Positions 46,802 through 55,697 of a stretch of 64,000 nt of DNA are shown in pieces. The notes under the pieces were generated by a model, which saw nothing but the letters and a program-made list of their open reading frames with translations, was not told where the DNA came from and ran no database searches. A program made the position numbers and the translations under genes. Source of the stretch: an uncultured Acidobacteriota bacterium (lineage in GTDB: Bacteria > Acidobacteriota > Thermoanaerobaculia > Multivoradales > JAHEKO01). Within the stretch, counting starts at the first letter, position 1, and every line of letters starts with the position of its first letter. The stretch is taken from positions 1,312,001 to 1,376,000 of the forward strand of contig CAVQNG010000003.1 of the NCBI GenBank assembly GCA_963713825.1. The letters are read 5' to 3'.

Positions 46802-47200
46802 CTATGACTGACGATCTCGTTCCGTGTTCCAGTGTTGGTTTTCTTCGTGGAGCAGCTTCGCCACAGCCTCGACCGTGACGCCCGACAGGCGCGCTCGGGA
46901 CAGCAGTTGGCGCACCATGGGGCGCAGCCGCTCTCTCTGTTCACGAGGATCGGTGGTGGCGGCCGCGGTGGTGACGAAGGTGCCCCGACCACGCTCGGTG
47001 GCGATGAGTCCTTCACGCTCGAGCTCGTCATAGGCCTTCTTGACGGTGAGCGGCGAGACAATGAGCTGCTCGGCCAGCTCCCGCTGCGACGTGAGCTTGT
47101 CGCCGGGTCGGAGACGTCCCCCAGTCAGGGCGTCGGTGACCTGTCGCATGATCTGACGGTAGATGGGAAGCTCGCTGCCTGGGACGATGACGAAGTGCAC
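46802..47200 (-). CDS. GntR family regulator, YtrA subfamily
   Basis: 'PIYRQI', 'LRPGDKLTSQRELA', 'TVKKAYDELEREG...RGRGTFV'; GTG start with GAGGAG RBS. Confidence 0.92.
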   Translation of the reverse strand: MHFVIVPGSELPIYRQIMRQVTDALTGGRLRPGDKLTSQRELAEQLIVSPLTVKKAYDELEREGLIATERGRGTFVTTAAATTDPREQRERLRPMVRQLLSRARLSGVTVEAVAKLLHEENQHWNTERDRQS

Positions 47201-47218
47201 GGTGGTGGGCTCCTCTCT

Positions 47219-47244
47219 TAGTGCTATGCAAGTATATAGCACTA
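47219..47244. promoter_or_regulatory. Probable YtrA/GntR operator palindrome
   Basis: TAGTGCTAT-N8-ATAGCACTA just upstream of the GntR RBS. Confidence 0.8.
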
Positions 47245-47270
47245 TAGGAGTAGAGCGCAAGCCGTCGTGG

Positions 47271-47700
47271 CTCGGGGGTTGAAGCGTCCGGCGTTCCTGC
47301 AGCCGATCTTTGGGGCTTGGGTCCTGGGTCCTGAACAAACAATCATGTCCGTGTGGAGGCCCGTCCGGGTGGTCCGCAGGGGGACGGCGACGGCTACTCG
47401 GACTGCAACGGGGGGCCGCCGCCTCGTCTCGTCATCGCGCCTCATCTCCTGTGCCCTATCAAGGCTCTTGCGCCGCGCTCGACTCGGCGCCCCCTGTCGA
47501 ACCACCCGAACGACCCTTTGGCACCAACAGAGGGACATAAGGGCCTAGAGCAGTAGGGGAGTAAGGGGTGTCGATCGGCTGTTCCTCCAAGCCCCAAAGG
47601 CCGGCCGACACGGAGTGCGGCCGGTTCAACCCCCAGGTCCTCAAAATCGTCCGGAGGTACGACCGGACGCCTCAACCTCCAAAGACCCAAGCCCCAGGAC
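47271..47700. repeat. Composite repeat mosaic, copy 4 (module C 47362-47512 inverted, hairpin units on both sides, no module B)
   Basis: Aligns by eye with copies 1-3. Confidence 0.92.
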
Positions 47701-47730
47701 AATAGGTCTGGGCCGTCGTATACTCCGCCG

Positions 47731-48273
47731 ATGCGCTTGAAGAACGCCACCGTCGTTTCTGGAAGCACCTGCGCCGTCATGGCGCTGATGCTCGTCGCCT
47801 GTCAGGCGGGAAGCCAGGAAGAGCGACTCACCGATGCCCAGAAGAAGGAGCGTCTCGAGGCCCTCTACCAGGGATATCAGAAGTCCTTCCCTTCCATCGA
47901 CAGCATTTCAGTCGAGGAGTTCTTGGAGCTTCAGCAGGGGACGAAACAAGTCGTGCTCGTTGATGTGCGCGAGCCCAAAGAGATGGAAGTCTCTATGATC
48001 CCGGGCGCCATCGACACTGCGACTTTTCAGCGGGAGGCACAGTCCTATCGTGAAGCCATCGTAGTGCCGTACTGCACCGCGGGCTACCGGTCGGGTCTCT
48101 TCACTCAGGAGCTGCAGAAAGCAGGTTGGGATGTACGCAATCTCGAGGGCAGTATCCTGGCCTGGACACTCGCGGGGTTACCGCTGGAGAACACCGAGGG
48201 GCCAACCAAGAGAATTCACGTCTACGGTCGTACCTGGGACCTGGCGGCCGAGGAGTTCTCGACAGTCTGGTAG
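47731..48273 (+). CDS. Rhodanese-like domain lipoprotein
   Basis: Lipobox LVAC, 'VDVRE..E..VSMIPGA', 'YCTAGYRS', 'NLEGSILAW'. Confidence 0.88.
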   Translation: MRLKNATVVSGSTCAVMALMLVACQAGSQEERLTDAQKKERLEALYQGYQKSFPSIDSISVEEFLELQQGTKQVVLVDVREPKEMEVSMIPGAIDTATFQREAQSYREAIVVPYCTAGYRSGLFTQELQKAGWDVRNLEGSILAWTLAGLPLENTEGPTKRIHVYGRTWDLAAEEFSTVW

Positions 48274-48303
48274 CACCGGTCCCTCTCGAGACCCCCGCCG
48301 CAG

Positions 48304-49773
48304 TCAATTGAGATAGCCGAGGGCCCGCAGAGCATTGAGGGTCTCTTCGGAGTAGGCCTCCGATTCTGGATCGGCGACACCCGTTTCGGGCGTGCTCTCC
48401 ATCCACGTCGAAAGAGCCTGCCAGAGTCGATCGAACTCCTCTTCATGCTGGCCCGCGAGATTCTCGGCTTCCAGTGGGTCGGACTGTAGATCGTAGAGCT
48501 CGAAAGCTGGCGCCAACTGTCGGTCGTTTCTCTCGACAGCAGGATGGAAGACGAGCTTCCAACGGCCGTCTTGGACGGAGAAGTAGTGACGCCAGAGCAT
48601 CTGTCCACCGCCGGCCTCCGAGAAGGCGTACCGAAACGGCTCTAGTGCCGCTGTTTCGACGGCTCCCATCGGGCCGAGGAACGGTGTCAGGCTGGATCCC
48701 TCGAGCCCTTCTGGTCCTGCCGTGATCTGCAGGAGATCGCGAAGGGTCGGGTACAGATCCAGCAACTCGGCCGGGTGATCGACCCGCCGGCCTGCACGGG
48801 CCACCCCAGGGTAGGTGATGAAGAGCGGCACATGGGCCGTCGTGTTGTACGGCTCGCGCCCATGTTCGAACAGCTCGTCGTGCTCTCCCAGGCCCTCACC
48901 GTGATCGGAGGTGAAGATCACCAGGGCTCCTTCGAGCAGGCCGAGCCCTTCGAGATGGTCGAGGATGGCGCCGATGTGGGAGTCCGTTACCAGGATGTTG
49001 GCATCGTACTTGGCGATGTAGGAGCCGAGCCGGCGTTCGTCGCCCAGAGCTCTTGCCGGGGGCAGGTCGGCCCCGATCGACTGATCTTGGGTGTCGAAGG
49101 AGTCGCCGAGAAACGGGTCGGAGGCACCCTCCGGTAGCAGATAGGGAGCGTGGGGATCGGAGTAGTGAAGCCAGACGAACAACCGCTCCGAGTCGGCGTG
49201 GCGCTCGAGAGCGGGAATGGCCAGCTGATTGACCAGGGGGGCACCGACCCATTTGCGGTGCTCGACCGGATCGTCACTGACAGCACCTCCCAGCCTCCAG
49301 GTTTCCAGAAACTCGTCGAAGCCCCGATTCCAACCCAGCTCTGCCGAGAGGACGGCATTGGAGACCACGCCCAGGGTGCTGTAGCCAGCAGACTGGAAGA
49401 GCTCGGGCAGGGTCAGGTACTCGTCCGGAATCTGCTGGGCCGCCCTGTGGGTCAAACCCGTTGTCTTGGGATAGCGGCCCGTAAAGATGGAGGCCAAAGA
49501 AGGTCCGGTCTTCGGCCATTGTGCGACTGCGCGGGCAAACGTCACTCCCTGCTCTGCCAACTTGTCGAGGGCCGGAGAAGTCTGTCGGGGATAGCCGTAG
49601 ATTCCCATGTGGTCGGCACGCAGTGTGTCGACCGTGATCAGGAAGACTCTCTTTGGAGGTTCTGGCTCGGAGGGCTGCCGGTTGCAAGCCGCGAGGCCGA
49701 GGAGCAGGATCGCGGTGAGGCATCCGGCGACCCTCGAGTAGGCGCGCTTTGTTGGGGTTCTGGTGAGTCTCAT
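48304..49773 (-). CDS. Sulfatase-like lipoprotein, Thr-type
   Basis: LAAC lipobox, 'VDTLRADH', 'TGPSLASIFTG', 'DPHAPY', 'SDHGE', 'LRALGYL'. Confidence 0.88.
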   Translation of the reverse strand: MRLTRTPTKRAYSRVAGCLTAILLLGLAACNRQPSEPEPPKRVFLITVDTLRADHMGIYGYPRQTSPALDKLAEQGVTFARAVAQWPKTGPSLASIFTGRYPKTTGLTHRAAQQIPDEYLTLPELFQSAGYSTLGVVSNAVLSAELGWNRGFDEFLETWRLGGAVSDDPVEHRKWVGAPLVNQLAIPALERHADSERLFVWLHYSDPHAPYLLPEGASDPFLGDSFDTQDQSIGADLPPARALGDERRLGSYIAKYDANILVTDSHIGAILDHLEGLGLLEGALVIFTSDHGEGLGEHDELFEHGREPYNTTAHVPLFITYPGVARAGRRVDHPAELLDLYPTLRDLLQITAGPEGLEGSSLTPFLGPMGAVETAALEPFRYAFSEAGGGQMLWRHYFSVQDGRWKLVFHPAVERNDRQLAPAFELYDLQSDPLEAENLAGQHEEEFDRLWQALSTWMESTPETGVADPESEAYSEETLNALRALGYLN

Positions 49774-51170
49774 AGATAACCGAGGCTCCTCAGCTCCTCG
49801 AGCTCATCTTCATCCAAGATGGCGGTCTCGCCGTCCTGACCCGACTGTCGCAGCTCACTCATGGCCCTCTGGTGCCCGACGAGCTGCTCGGCCATCTGTC
49901 CGCAGAGATCGACGCAGGCTGCCGTTCGAGGTGTTTGCTCCTCGGGGTCGGTGCCGAGGTCGTAGAACTCCAGGTGGCCATCGTGAAAACGAATCAGCTT
50001 GTGGGTACTGCTCCGCACTGCGACTGCGTCGGCGCTCTCGGCGAAGATCCAACGCTCGGCTGCGGGCTCACCCAGCATGAGCGGGACCAGGCTTTGGCCT
50101 TGCGCCTGTGGCACCGGGGGAAGGTTGGCGAGCTCCAACAGGGTCGGCATCAAATCGACGAGCCCAGCGGGAGCATCGACCTTTGGGATCGGGGTGCGGC
50201 GGCTCTCCGGCAGACGGAACACCAGGGGAACCCGGATCACCTCGTCGTAGGGAGCGAAACTGTGCAATAGCTTGTCGTGCTCGAGGAAGCCTTCGCCATG
50301 ATCGGACGTCACGACGACGATCGTGTTTTCGTAGAGATCCATTGCCTGAAGGGCACGCATGAGATCGTCGATGGCGGCATCGACGAAGGCCACTTCCTGG
50401 TCGTAGCGCGCGACGAGTGCGTCGAGGTCGGACTCTGACTTGAGGGTCTCGATCCAACCTGCAACACGGTTCCCTCGCTGGGGTGGCTCTGAAGTCATGC
50501 GCAGCGGGCCGAATGCTTCCTGCTTTCCCTCGAGTCGGTTGGTGTAGGGCCAGTGGACATCCAGGTAGTGCAGGTAGGCGAAGAAGGGAGCTGTGCTGGC
50601 GCCCTCGAGTTGCTTCAGGAGCTTTTGGTTCAACTTGCCGGCACCCAGGCCTCGAACAGCCTCGAAATGGTCGAACCCTTGAGCAAAGCCGAAACGGGAC
50701 TGGAGATGGACCTGGTTGAGAACACCGATGGTCGAGTAGCCGGCCGCCTGGAACCTCTCGGCCAGAGTGTCGTATCCCTCGTAGAGAATATCGGTCCTGT
50801 ATGAGTCACCCTCCTGAATACCGACGCGATCGATGCCGTGCTGACCTGGATAGAGCGACGTGAAAAGAGTGGCGATCGAAGGCTTGGTCCAGGTGGAGTG
50901 CGCGAAGGCGGACGTGAAGGTCACGCCCTCCTCTGCCAGTTGGTCGATCGCCGGGGAGGTCGGTAGACCGTAGCCACCGATTCCGAGGTGATCGGCTCGC
51001 AGGGCGTCGATCAGGATCACCAGAACATTGGGTGGTGGCCCCGGATCGATCTCCTGGGCGTCGCGGCCGCAGGCGAGCAGTGACAGTAGGACGAGCGCTG
51101 TGAGCCAGCCTGGGCGGATGTCGCCGATCGGCCAAAACGGACTTGGGAACCTCGACGTCTTGGAGGTCAT
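49770..51170 (-). CDS. Sulfatase-like lipoprotein, Thr-type
   Basis: LLAC lipobox, 'IDALRADH', 'TKPSIATLFTS', 'DVHWPY', 'SDHGE', 'LRSLGYL'. Confidence 0.88.
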   Translation of the reverse strand: MTSKTSRFPSPFWPIGDIRPGWLTALVLLSLLACGRDAQEIDPGPPPNVLVILIDALRADHLGIGGYGLPTSPAIDQLAEEGVTFTSAFAHSTWTKPSIATLFTSLYPGQHGIDRVGIQEGDSYRTDILYEGYDTLAERFQAAGYSTIGVLNQVHLQSRFGFAQGFDHFEAVRGLGAGKLNQKLLKQLEGASTAPFFAYLHYLDVHWPYTNRLEGKQEAFGPLRMTSEPPQRGNRVAGWIETLKSESDLDALVARYDQEVAFVDAAIDDLMRALQAMDLYENTIVVVTSDHGEGFLEHDKLLHSFAPYDEVIRVPLVFRLPESRRTPIPKVDAPAGLVDLMPTLLELANLPPVPQAQGQSLVPLMLGEPAAERWIFAESADAVAVRSSTHKLIRFHDGHLEFYDLGTDPEEQTPRTAACVDLCGQMAEQLVGHQRAMSELRQSGQDGETAILDEDELEELRSLGYL

Positions 51171-51361
51171 TCGCCTGCCTGCTCCTGATCTGGGATGATC
51201 GTTTTGTGGTTGCGGGACGCTCGGCGTCCGAATTGATCCAAGCAGCCGTCAGCATATCACCGGGTCTCGAGGCGATGGTGGCGTCGAGGGCGGGCGGGGC
51301 ACCCGCCCGGTGGGGCCTTCCAATAGAATCGATGGTGCTCGACGGCGAGGCAAGCTAAGGA

Positions 51362-52750
51362 ATGCACAGGTCAGCACAAATCTTGGGATTGGTCATTGTG
51401 ACCCTGGTCGCCGGCTGTGGTCGCGAGGAAGTGACTCAGGGTCCACGCCTCCAGAGCTCGGCTGCGGGCTGGAACCTGATTCTGATCAGTGTAGATACCG
51501 TGCGGGCCGACCGCTTGGGCGCCTACGGATATGCCGAGCGCCCATCCAGTCCCAACATCGATGCGCTGCTGGCGTCAGGAGCCAAATTTCAACGTGCCAT
51601 GGCTCCCAGAGCCCTCACCTGGCCTTCGATGGCCTCGGTGCTCACGGGGCTCTATCCATCCGGCCACGGGCTGATCTCGAACGGGTACGAGTTCTCCGAC
51701 GCCACCCGCACGTTGCCGAAGATCTTGGGTGATGCCGGGTACCAGACGGGGGCTGTGCTCAGCAATATGTGCCAGGCGAACCACCAGGGATGGGAGAGCT
51801 TCAAGTGCACGGGAGGTAACGACACCCGCGTCAACCGGGTGGCGAAGCAGTGGATCGATGGGATCGAAGACGGGCGGCCATTCTTCCTCTGGGCGCACTA
51901 TTTTGGTGCCCACGCTCCGTACTACAACGGCGGCATCGTGGCCCGCCGGGTGCTGAATCAGTACTACGAAGGTCCGATCGCAGCTAAGAAGAACATGCTC
52001 AACCGGGTGATGCGTGAAGGCCTCGAGCTGAGCGAGGACGACTTGACTCAGTTGGATGCGGTCTATGACGCGGCGGTGATGGGAACCGATCAGTTTGTCG
52101 GTGAGCTGCTGGACTATCTGCGTGAGGCTGGCCGATTGGACAGCACACTGATTGTCTTCGTGGCGGATCACGGGGAGGACCTCTACCAGCACAACGGCTA
52201 CCTCTACCACGCCTGTTCCGTGTACCAGTCGTCCTTGCACGTGCCGCTGGGTTTCGTAGCCCCAGGCGTGCTTCCCGCAGGGGCGACTGTCTCCCAGACC
52301 GTCGAGTTGATCGATGTGCTGCCTACCATTCTGGAGCTGCTCGCACTGGACGAAGAGGGTGAGCTCCACGGCAGGTCCCTGATTCCCTATCTGGAGTGGC
52401 CCGACTCCAGTATTGAAGGTGAGCCGGCTTTCTCCGAATACGACGACACTCGGATTCACACCGTTCAAGTCGGTGACTGGAAGCTTGTAGACAACCCGGA
52501 TGCGGTCCTGCCGGTCTGTTTCGCGGGCGTCCCGGAGGACTTCTACCCGATTGCGGAGGTGGAGCTCTACGATCTCTCCGAGGATCCGGGCGAGACCGTC
52601 AATCTGGCTTCGAAGTACCCAGAGAAGGTGGCTGAGATGCGGGCATTGATTCGGCAGCGCTTTGCGTCGCTGCCCCGCAACATCGAGCATCAGGAGATCC
52701 CAGAGGAGCTGAAAGAGCAACTGGAGGCTCTTGGCTACGTGGCCAACTGA
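51362..52750 (+). CDS. Sulfatase-like lipoprotein, Thr-type
   Basis: VAGC lipobox, 'VDTVRADR', 'TWPSMASVLTG', 'AHAPY', 'ADHGE', 'LEALGYV'. Confidence 0.88.
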   Translation: MHRSAQILGLVIVTLVAGCGREEVTQGPRLQSSAAGWNLILISVDTVRADRLGAYGYAERPSSPNIDALLASGAKFQRAMAPRALTWPSMASVLTGLYPSGHGLISNGYEFSDATRTLPKILGDAGYQTGAVLSNMCQANHQGWESFKCTGGNDTRVNRVAKQWIDGIEDGRPFFLWAHYFGAHAPYYNGGIVARRVLNQYYEGPIAAKKNMLNRVMREGLELSEDDLTQLDAVYDAAVMGTDQFVGELLDYLREAGRLDSTLIVFVADHGEDLYQHNGYLYHACSVYQSSLHVPLGFVAPGVLPAGATVSQTVELIDVLPTILELLALDEEGELHGRSLIPYLEWPDSSIEGEPAFSEYDDTRIHTVQVGDWKLVDNPDAVLPVCFAGVPEDFYPIAEVELYDLSEDPGETVNLASKYPEKVAEMRALIRQRFASLPRNIEHQEIPEELKEQLEALGYVAN

Positions 52751-52776
52751 CCCCTAGACCCGATTTGGAGGCTGGC

Positions 52777-53895
52777 ATGACCGAGACAGATAGCGACAGG
52801 GTGAAGTTCTATCGATCGTTTCTGCTGCTAATGGTGGTAGCCATCTCGGCACTCTTCTTCACCATGATCCGGGATTTCTTGATGACCCTGTTGCTGGCGG
52901 CCATCTTCTCCGGCCTGGCCTATCCGCTCTACCGACGTCTGAACAAGAAGTCGGGAGATCGGAAGGTGTTGGCGTCCGCTACCACTATTCTCATTGCCAT
53001 TCTGGTTGTCGTTATTCCGCTGACGGCCCTGCTGGGTCTGATTGCCAATGAGGCGTTCCAGATCAGTCAGGTGGTCAAACCGTGGATCCAGGAACAGATC
53101 AGCCAGTCCAGCGGAGTGGCGGAGCGCTTGCCCGCTTGGGCTCAGCCCTGGCTCGAGAGGTTGAATCCCTTCAGGGATCAGATTCTCGAGAAGACGGGTG
53201 AGATCACCGGCATGGCTGGGAACTTTCTGTTCAAGAGTCTGTCGGCTACCACCCGAGGAACGGTGTCATTCTTCCTACACCTCTTCGTGATGCTCTATGC
53301 GATGTTCTTCTTCTTGATGGACGGCCCGACGTTGATTCAGAAGGTCCGTTCCTTTCTGCCGCTCCGGGAGTCCGACAAGGACCTCATGGAAGAGCGCTTC
53401 ATGTCGGTTACCAGGGCCACGATCAAGGGCACCTTTGCGATTGGTGCCATTCAGGGTCTTCTCGGTGGCGTCGGCTTTGCGGTGGCCGGCATCCAGGGAT
53501 CGATCTTCTGGGCCGCGCTCATGGGGGTGCTCTCCGTCATCCCCGGAGTCGGAGCAGCGATCATCTGGGCTCCGGTGGTGATCTATTTGTTGGCAACGGG
53601 AGATATCTTCGCGGGAGTCGCCTTGCTGGCATGGTGTGCGGGGGTAGTGGGGACCGTCGACAATGTTCTGCGACCGCGATTGGTGGGCAAGGACGCCAAG
53701 ATGCCTGATCTGCTGATCCTGTTGAGCACTCTCGGCGGCATCGTCATGTTCGGGGCGGTGGGCTTCATCATCGGGCCGATTGTGGCGGCCCTCTTTCTCA
53801 CCATCTGGGACATGTATGGTGCGGCCTTCCAGGATGTGCTACTGCCCGCGACCTATCGCAGTGGCCCGGAAGGTGATTCGGAAGCACCACTTTGA
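52777..53895 (+). CDS. AI-2E family transporter
   Basis: 'FFFLMDG', 'IPGVG', 'DNVLRPRLVG', 'FGAVGFIIGP'. Confidence 0.92.
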   Translation: MTETDSDRVKFYRSFLLLMVVAISALFFTMIRDFLMTLLLAAIFSGLAYPLYRRLNKKSGDRKVLASATTILIAILVVVIPLTALLGLIANEAFQISQVVKPWIQEQISQSSGVAERLPAWAQPWLERLNPFRDQILEKTGEITGMAGNFLFKSLSATTRGTVSFFLHLFVMLYAMFFFLMDGPTLIQKVRSFLPLRESDKDLMEERFMSVTRATIKGTFAIGAIQGLLGGVGFAVAGIQGSIFWAALMGVLSVIPGVGAAIIWAPVVIYLLATGDIFAGVALLAWCAGVVGTVDNVLRPRLVGKDAKMPDLLILLSTLGGIVMFGAVGFIIGPIVAALFLTIWDMYGAAFQDVLLPATYRSGPEGDSEAPL

Positions 53896-53913
53896 GACTC
53901 GAGTCGAGCCCGG

Positions 53914-55092
53914 GTGCGGTGGATGGGAATGAAGACTTCTTCGAGGCAGCAGACGCTGGCTGGCATCAGGCCGGAAAGGCTTGAGCGGTGGTCCCTGGGA
54001 GCCTTGTGTCTACTGCTGGGAGCCTGGGCGGTGAGTCCCGCTTGGGGTCAGACTCCTATTGCAGAGGACGACACCATCTCGGAGGCGACCGACACCGAGC
54101 AGGTCGAAGAGCCCGTCGAGCCTCAGGCAGGTTTCGGCGGGGAGACTCTTCCGAATCCGTGCGCCCTGCCTCAGGATGACCCGGCGGCCTGGATCGATTG
54201 GGTCCAGCGCAGCATCTTCAAGAGTGTCTGTGCCTCGGCGCGGTGGTTCGACAACTTGTTCGGTAACGACGCTGCCTTTATCGAGGCCGAGCCCACCATC
54301 GGCTGGTTTCGGGGGGCTGTAGTCTGGAATGAAAGGGATGGATTCGATGTCGACGGCACGCTGAGGACCAAGTTCGATCTGCCCAATGTCGACAAGGTCG
54401 AAAATAGAGTGAGAGGATTCTTCGGCAGGGTCAGTAACGAGGAGTTCAGCCGCGAAACCGGTAGTCCGCTCCAGCGAAGGCCTGATGTGTTCCGAGCGAC
54501 CGAAGACGAGGAGTGGCTCCTGGGCCTGGGGTATAGCCCCGTCAAGAACTCCAAGCGGCGCCTGGACATCGGCGGTGGGGTCAACGTAGCTTGGCCCCCC
54601 GATGTCTGGGCTAGAGCCCGCTATCGCCGCCATGCCTTCTTTGGCGAAAGGACCTTGGGTCGTTACCGTCAGACCCTGTTCTGGAAACAGGAGGAGGGTG
54701 CCGGAGCCTCGACCATCTTCGACCTGGAGCACATGATACAGAAGCGTTTCCTGGTGGGTTGGAACGGGAGCGCGACGTTCTCCCAGGCGACCGAAGGGGT
54801 GGATTGGCTTACCTCGTTTATCCTCTATCAGGCGTTGACACCGGGCTCCGCCCTCGCCTATCGATTTGCCATCGACGGCGAAACCGGTGCCGATGTGCCG
54901 CTGAATGTCTACAGTATCCGGCTCACCTACAGAGGAAGAATCAGTCGCGAGTGGTTATTTGTCGAGGTGCGCCCAGAGGTGGCCTACCGGAAGTTCGAGC
55001 GAGGCGGCGATTGGGATGTGGTGCCAGGGCTGTATCTCGGCTTCGAACTGCACTTCGGTCAGGATGCCGGCAAGGCTCGCCGCCGCCTGTGA
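53914..55092 (+). CDS. Hypothetical outer-membrane beta-barrel-like protein
   Basis: Signal peptide, 'ARWFDNLFG', amphipathic strands, 'WLFVEVRPE', near-terminal 'FELHFG'. Confidence 0.65.
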   Translation: MRWMGMKTSSRQQTLAGIRPERLERWSLGALCLLLGAWAVSPAWGQTPIAEDDTISEATDTEQVEEPVEPQAGFGGETLPNPCALPQDDPAAWIDWVQRSIFKSVCASARWFDNLFGNDAAFIEAEPTIGWFRGAVVWNERDGFDVDGTLRTKFDLPNVDKVENRVRGFFGRVSNEEFSRETGSPLQRRPDVFRATEDEEWLLGLGYSPVKNSKRRLDIGGGVNVAWPPDVWARARYRRHAFFGERTLGRYRQTLFWKQEEGAGASTIFDLEHMIQKRFLVGWNGSATFSQATEGVDWLTSFILYQALTPGSALAYRFAIDGETGADVPLNVYSIRLTYRGRISREWLFVEVRPEVAYRKFERGGDWDVVPGLYLGFELHFGQDAGKARRRL

Positions 55093-55103
55093 GCAACGAA
55101 CCT

Positions 55104-55697
55104 CTATTCGATGGGTAGCCCCAGCTTTTCCCTTACCGTGGGCTCGAGACGCGTCATGCCCGCCGCCTTGCCCACTGCCAGTGCCTCTTCGGGGCTCATG
55201 CCGTCGATGTAGTAAGCCTTCATCGCGAACAGGCCTCCAACCCGATTGCCACTGGCGCAGTGCACCATCACGGGCGACTCCGCCTTGTCGAGGGCTTCAG
55301 CCAGAGCTCGGGCCTTGTCCTCGGTCATGTCGGCAGAGCCATCGATGGGAATCTCGATGTAGGCCATTCCCAAGCCCCGAACCTGTTCGGGGTCCGTATT
55401 GTCCTTCTCTTCAGGTTGTCGAAGGTTGATGACGGTCTTGTAGCCGTCCTCGTGAGCGCGTTCGAGCTGGGCCGGCGTGGGTTGACCGCCCGTCAGCAGC
55501 GCGTCACCCTCGAACGGAGTGCGTCCGTTTCGAAGTCGGTCTTCGGGCCGCAGGGTTTCGACGATGGCGCTCTCCTGCATCTCTGGTGCAGTGCTCTGCG
55601 TCTGCGAAGGCGTCGTCTGCTCGACGTCGGAGGTGCACGCGACGGTCAGCAGCGTCAGGCTTGTCAAGAAGATCTTCTGGGTCTTCATGCTGCTCAT
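55104..55697 (-). CDS. DUF442/PTP-like sulfurtransferase or phosphatase lipoprotein
   Basis: 'GGQPT', 'GYKTVINLR', 'HCASGNR'; lipobox TVAC. Confidence 0.85.
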   Translation of the reverse strand: MSSMKTQKIFLTSLTLLTVACTSDVEQTTPSQTQSTAPEMQESAIVETLRPEDRLRNGRTPFEGDALLTGGQPTPAQLERAHEDGYKTVINLRQPEEKDNTDPEQVRGLGMAYIEIPIDGSADMTEDKARALAEALDKAESPVMVHCASGNRVGGLFAMKAYYIDGMSPEEALAVGKAAGMTRLEPTVREKLGLPIE

